Of a stretch of 64,000 bases of DNA, positions 60,309 through 64,000 are shown piece after piece. How positions within the stretch are numbered: the stretch's first letter is position 1; the number at the start of each line of letters is the position of its first letter. Below the pieces are notes generated by a model. It did not search any database and was not told where the DNA came from. It worked only from the letters and a program-made list of their open reading frames with translations. This stretch comes from Nitrosopumilaceae archaeon (GTDB taxonomy: Archaea > Thermoproteota > Nitrososphaeria > Nitrososphaerales > Nitrosopumilaceae), in NCBI GenBank assembly GCA_965203465.1, contig CBDBCR010000001.1, forward strand, positions 640,001-704,000. The letters are read 5' to 3'. Both the position numbers and the translations under genes were made by a program.

Positions 60309-61901
60309 TCACGCAGCGCCCGGCTCGAGCCCGGACCTCAGTTCCTCCCAGATGCGGGCAGAGCGCATCTTTAGGAACTTTTCATAGTCGTCGTCCCACA
60401 CGCCGTACCCTTCGAGGTCGTCTATCAGGTGAGTCTTCATGGTGCCGGCCAGGTCCGGGTTGCCTTCGGAGAACGAAGCCATGTATTCGGAAGGGGCCCG
60501 GGAGCCTATCTCGTTCTTGTTCAGATCCGCCCCTATGAACGTGATGTTGGCCGCCATGTTGATCATGCTCGGCCCAAAGCCCTGCCTTTTGAGGAACGCC
60601 CGGGGGAAAAAGTGGTGGTAGTTTCTGCTGTTGGACTTTGAGAGGTTGTCGTCGTCCAGTACCACGGGCGTCCCGCTCTTGAACGAGCGCGGGCCCGCCG
60701 ACGCCAGCGCGCACAGCACCGCCTTGTTCAGCGCGTCGCCCCCGAACCGCAGTGCCCGTATGTCCTCAGCGCCCAGGCTGACCTTGAACTCTTTTCCGTA
60801 TTCGGGCCTCTTTCCGTCCATCACGCAGTCCATGAGCCGGCAGTCCGCGGCGATCTTGGACTCTACGGAGCTGGTGAACCTCGAGGTGAGGGCGGCCCTC
60901 CAAAAGTACTCTTTCAGGTACTCGGCTTGGACGGCGGTGGGCTCTTTTCCGTTTCTGCGGAAAAAGTAGCCGAACGGGACCATGAGCGCGGGGTACGGGA
61001 GGAGGTGCCCGGACGGGATGGCGTGCGACCTGATGAAGTGGTCGGCGGCCTTTTCGACCGCCGACGAGGCCTCGTCCCATTCCGACTTTACGTCCCCCTT
61101 TGACAGATCTATGATGGTCTTGCGCTTGCAGTCCATCTTGAGGTTCATGGAGACGCACTGCAGCATCTGCGCCTCCGGTATGCTGTACCGTGCCTTTGAC
61201 AGGCGGTCTTGCAGCTGCGCGTATCTGTCCCTGAGATCGAAGGATCCGACCTCGTACGTCTTTGCGACCATGATGTCGAACAGGGTCAGGGGTTTTCCGG
61301 TCGTGTTTATGCGGCTGAACATCTCCACGGCCTTGTCTATCTGGTACCCGTTTATCGTGATCGTGGAAAACGTGTAGTTCCTGATCGAATTCTGGAACTT
61401 TGATATCTTTTCGGCGTGCTCCGAGTATTCCCTGGTCATCTGGGCAAAGTCCTTGTAAAGCAGGTCGTAGACGGTTATGGACCTTCCGGGTGGCTCGTCC
61501 ACGCTCACGATGTCGTCCGAGTCGCCGTCCAGATCCACGAAGATGTCTCGGTAAGAGACATCCTTGCCGTCCCTGTCCATCGTCACGCCCTCCATGATGG
61601 CAAACAGGGAAGAGAGGCGCTGCTGCCCGTCGAGGACGTACTGGACGAACCCGCCCTCGTGGTACTCGCGCAGCTCTATGCCGCCTATGCTCCTCTCTCC
61701 GGGCAGGTTTTCCTGCGTCCTCCAAAAGATCAGCGTGCCTATGGGGTACCCTTTCAGCATGCTGTCTATGAGGGCGGCCGACTTTTGGCGTCCCCACACA
61801 AAGTCGCGCTGGAACTTTGGGATCCTGATTATTCCGCTCTTGATGTCGCCGATCAGCTGGCCGCACGGGATGTGGCCCGGGATCTGCGATTCTGCGGACA
61901 C
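60309..61901 (-). CDS. GmrSD-like protein (DUF262 plus C-terminal HNH-like domain), putative modification-dependent restriction nuclease
   Basis: IPKFQRDFVW, VLDGQQRL, FSRINTTG, YHHFFP...ANITFI...N. TATAAA box about 23 nt above GTG 61901. Confidence 0.9.
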   Translation of the reverse strand: MSAESQIPGHIPCGQLIGDIKSGIIRIPKFQRDFVWGRQKSAALIDSMLKGYPIGTLIFWRTQENLPGERSIGGIELREYHEGGFVQYVLDGQQRLSSLFAIMEGVTMDRDGKDVSYRDIFVDLDGDSDDIVSVDEPPGRSITVYDLLYKDFAQMTREYSEHAEKISKFQNSIRNYTFSTITINGYQIDKAVEMFSRINTTGKPLTLFDIMVAKTYEVGSFDLRDRYAQLQDRLSKARYSIPEAQMLQCVSMNLKMDCKRKTIIDLSKGDVKSEWDEASSAVEKAADHFIRSHAIPSGHLLPYPALMVPFGYFFRRNGKEPTAVQAEYLKEYFWRAALTSRFTSSVESKIAADCRLMDCVMDGKRPEYGKEFKVSLGAEDIRALRFGGDALNKAVLCALASAGPRSFKSGTPVVLDDDNLSKSNSRNYHHFFPRAFLKRQGFGPSMINMAANITFIGADLNKNEIGSRAPSEYMASFSEGNPDLAGTMKTHLIDDLEGYGVWDDDYEKFLKMRSARIWEELRSGLEPGAA

Positions 61902-62026
61902 GGGCAGTTCGGGATGGGGCTTGTTTATACCTCTTTGTCGGCGACGGCGCCGTCGGCCAAATCGGGGCGGCATGCGCCCGGGCGCGCCCCCCACACCGTT
62001 ATAGCCAAACGCCCGGCACCGCCTCC

Positions 62027-63871
62027 GTGCAGGGTTCGAGAGGCGCTCCGGACGGGGACGCGCTGATATCTGTTTTTGACAGGATTGAAGAGTCGATGGA
62101 AGAACACAGGCGCAAGTTCGTCCGGCAGAACGCCGGGCCGTACGATCTGTGCAGGCGCATGATCGGTTTTCAGCACGTCATGCACGACACGGCCTGGTCC
62201 AGGCACAAGGACGAATCCAAAGGCTACGTGGAGGGCGCGCCGGTAGCGGACGAGATCCGGGCAGAACTGGCCATCCTGGACACGCTCGGCCAGAACAAGC
62301 TGTCCCTGCTGTCCGCCCTGCATGCGCTAGCCGGGGGCTCCGTGCACGCCGCCGGGAGCCTGGTGCGCCCGGTATTCGAGTCGGTGCCCGAGTCTTTCTA
62401 CCTCATGGCGTGCCCTCAGACCGCCAAAATGTTCATGCTGCTCGAGGCGTACCGGATATGGAATGCGTCCAGTCCCTCCGCAAAGCTCCCCGGGCCGATC
62501 AAGTCTTTCATGGAATCTCCAGAGACGCAAGAGTTCCTCGGCGGAGACCGGGTTGCGGCCGGAGAGTTTAAAAAATTCCGCGACACCCACAAAATCGGGG
62601 ACATACGCGAGCGCGTCTACGACGGCGAGACGCTGGACCGCCAGAAACAGACGTATGCCGTGCTGAGTTTCAGCTCCCATGCAGGCGTGCTCCGGGGTTT
62701 TACGTCCTTCGAACCGGGGGTGTCCAAGCGCTTTATGGAAATAACCGCCGAGCTGTCTTTTGCCAACCTGTTTCTGACGGCCAACTCCCAGAGCAGGCTG
62801 CTGGAAAGCCGGGGGCTGTCAGAGTCTGCCGAGCTGATGCGCGGTGCCCTGCCGGACATGGCCCCGCAGTACAGGTTCGCCGACATGTACCCGAGCGACG
62901 ACCTGTACACGGGCGGCCTCCGTCACGCTCGGGTCCCTGTCGTGATTGCGCAGGGGGGGTCGGGTGGCCGCGCCCCCGACGGGCGATGTTTCCGCGCGCC
63001 TGCTGGAGGCCGCGCGGGCGGGCAGAGGCGCCGTGCCGCAACCGGGCCGCGATCGTCTCCACGATGCGAGCTCGGATCCGGCAAGAAACGCGGGATCCGA
63101 TTTTGTTTTCACAGTCAACCGAAAAGTCCCTCCGGCGGGCGGACGGTTTCCGATCGCAGACATGCCAAAACGGGCAGAACGGCGGCGTCCAAAAGGCGGG
63201 CTCGCCCGGTCCCGTTCCGGGCGCGGCCTCGGCCGGTCGCCCGCGCCGCCGCCCGGATCGGGCAGCCGCTACCGGCGCATTTCCAGCGTCTTTGTCATTT
63301 TGGAGTGGAATTCCGGCACGTTCTGAGACCATATCCGGATCCGCTCCTCTTCGTCGTAGTCGTAGCGGTAAAAATCGTTGACGGTCCATTCCAAAAACTC
63401 CCCGAACGCGTTCATTTTTTTGTCCCTTTTGTGCAAAACCCCGGTCCTGGCCTCGCGCAGCTTTTCCGCGACGCGCTGTATCTTTTGCCGGTTGTCGCCA
63501 AAGTAAGATCTCAGCGACAAGTCCACCTCGTAGCGCTCTTCCGAGCCGTCGCTCAGATTGACGTCGTTCAGTATGGCCTTGAGATCCTGGCAGATGTCGC
63601 GCGTCTCGTCCAGAACGTCCCCGTTGTTGACACCGGATCTCCAACGATCGTAGAATATCTTGCCCACGGCGACGCCCAAGGCGGCGACGCCCAAGGTTGG
63701 CCCCAAGGCGGCCCACAAGGCGGCCAGCAACGCTTCATCCATGCGCGACGTTCCCTCCTCGCCTTAAAATTTCTATCTCTCGCAGGCGCGCCCCCCGCAA
63801 GACCTGCCCGCGCGCCGCCCCCGGACCGCTTTGGCCCGATCCGGGCCCGCGGGCGGCCGCTACGTCCATGA
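62027..63871 (+). CDS. DUF5677/HEPN-like protein; only about the first 300 aa (to about 62950) look genuinely coding
   Basis: LVRPVFE and YAVLSFSSHA motifs. The tail is low-complexity or antisense to another gene. Confidence 0.6.
   Translation: MQGSRGAPDGDALISVFDRIEESMEEHRRKFVRQNAGPYDLCRRMIGFQHVMHDTAWSRHKDESKGYVEGAPVADEIRAELAILDTLGQNKLSLLSALHALAGGSVHAAGSLVRPVFESVPESFYLMACPQTAKMFMLLEAYRIWNASSPSAKLPGPIKSFMESPETQEFLGGDRVAAGEFKKFRDTHKIGDIRERVYDGETLDRQKQTYAVLSFSSHAGVLRGFTSFEPGVSKRFMEITAELSFANLFLTANSQSRLLESRGLSESAELMRGALPDMAPQYRFADMYPSDDLYTGGLRHARVPVVIAQGGSGGRAPDGRCFRAPAGGRAGGQRRRAATGPRSSPRCELGSGKKRGIRFCFHSQPKSPSGGRTVSDRRHAKTGRTAASKRRARPVPFRARPRPVARAAARIGQPLPAHFQRLCHFGVEFRHVLRPYPDPLLFVVVVAVKIVDGPFQKLPERVHFFVPFVQNPGPGLAQLFRDALYLLPVVAKVRSQRQVHLVALFRAVAQIDVVQYGLEILADVARLVQNVPVVDTGSPTIVEYLAHGDAQGGDAQGWPQGGPQGGQQRFIHARRSLLALKFLSLAGAPPARPARAPPPDRFGPIRARGRPLRP
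63269..63742 (-). CDS. Hypothetical protein with an N-terminal membrane anchor
   Basis: TM helix LLAALWAALGPTLGVAALGVAVG followed by a charged helical domain. TTTTAA box about 22 nt upstream. Confidence 0.75.
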   Translation of the reverse strand: MDEALLAALWAALGPTLGVAALGVAVGKIFYDRWRSGVNNGDVLDETRDICQDLKAILNDVNLSDGSEERYEVDLSLRSYFGDNRQKIQRVAEKLREARTGVLHKRDKKMNAFGEFLEWTVNDFYRYDYDEEERIRIWSQNVPEFHSKMTKTLEMRR

Positions 63872-64000
63872 CTGCCCGGCCCGCCCGGGGTATGCTATAT
63901 ACCCATACTTTGGCCGGGCGGCCCGCGCCTTGGCCGTTTCCGGGACCCCGTCCGGCCTAGCCGCCCCGCCGCTTTTCTCACAACGCCCAGCATTCCGCGA

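Noticed and set aside
63668-63730. CCCAAGGCGGC short repeats as a regulatory array
   Set aside because: They lie within the Ala/Leu/Gly-rich TM-coding segment of 63269-63742 and are explained by the peptide repeat.

Overview
High-GC archaeal-looking window. I infer a Nitrosopumilaceae/Cenarchaeum-like thaumarchaeon from the integrase type, the C-terminal domain of the giant surface protein, and TATA-like boxes about 25 nt before leaderless starts. No housekeeping genes, rRNA, tRNA or CRISPR were recognised. Five blocks. (1) 1-1.8 kb: tail of a prokaryotic ubiquitin-like operon (JAB peptidase plus a frameshifted IAD-AAD E1, Bil-like). (2) 2.2-7.8 kb: a duplicated cassette of a DNHANQLNPNN micropeptide and a convergent stand-alone SIR2-like gene. 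(3) 8.4-30.7 kb: a 7439-aa secreted LVIVD-propeller/Ig-repeat surface protein. (4) 30.7-38.4 kb: a mobile-element-like module with a tyrosine integrase, repeated hairpins, an actin/ParM-like ATPase, a VirD4/HerA-like ATPase fused to a wHTH and a nuclease-like domain, an AbrB-like protein, a helically phased repeat array and a perfect 33 x 15-bp tandem repeat. (5) 38.7-64 kb: a defence island with a ParB/Srx-PRTase-MTase cassette, an IS5-split nuclease-like gene, two DUF2321-like Zn proteins, an Avs-like REase-STAND protein, DUF4238, a GmrSD-like DUF262 gene and a DUF5677-like gene. The best candidates for undescribed systems are the actin/AbrB/repeat/coupling-ATPase module and the ParB-PRTase-MTase cassette. 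All family calls come from motif reading, not database searches.
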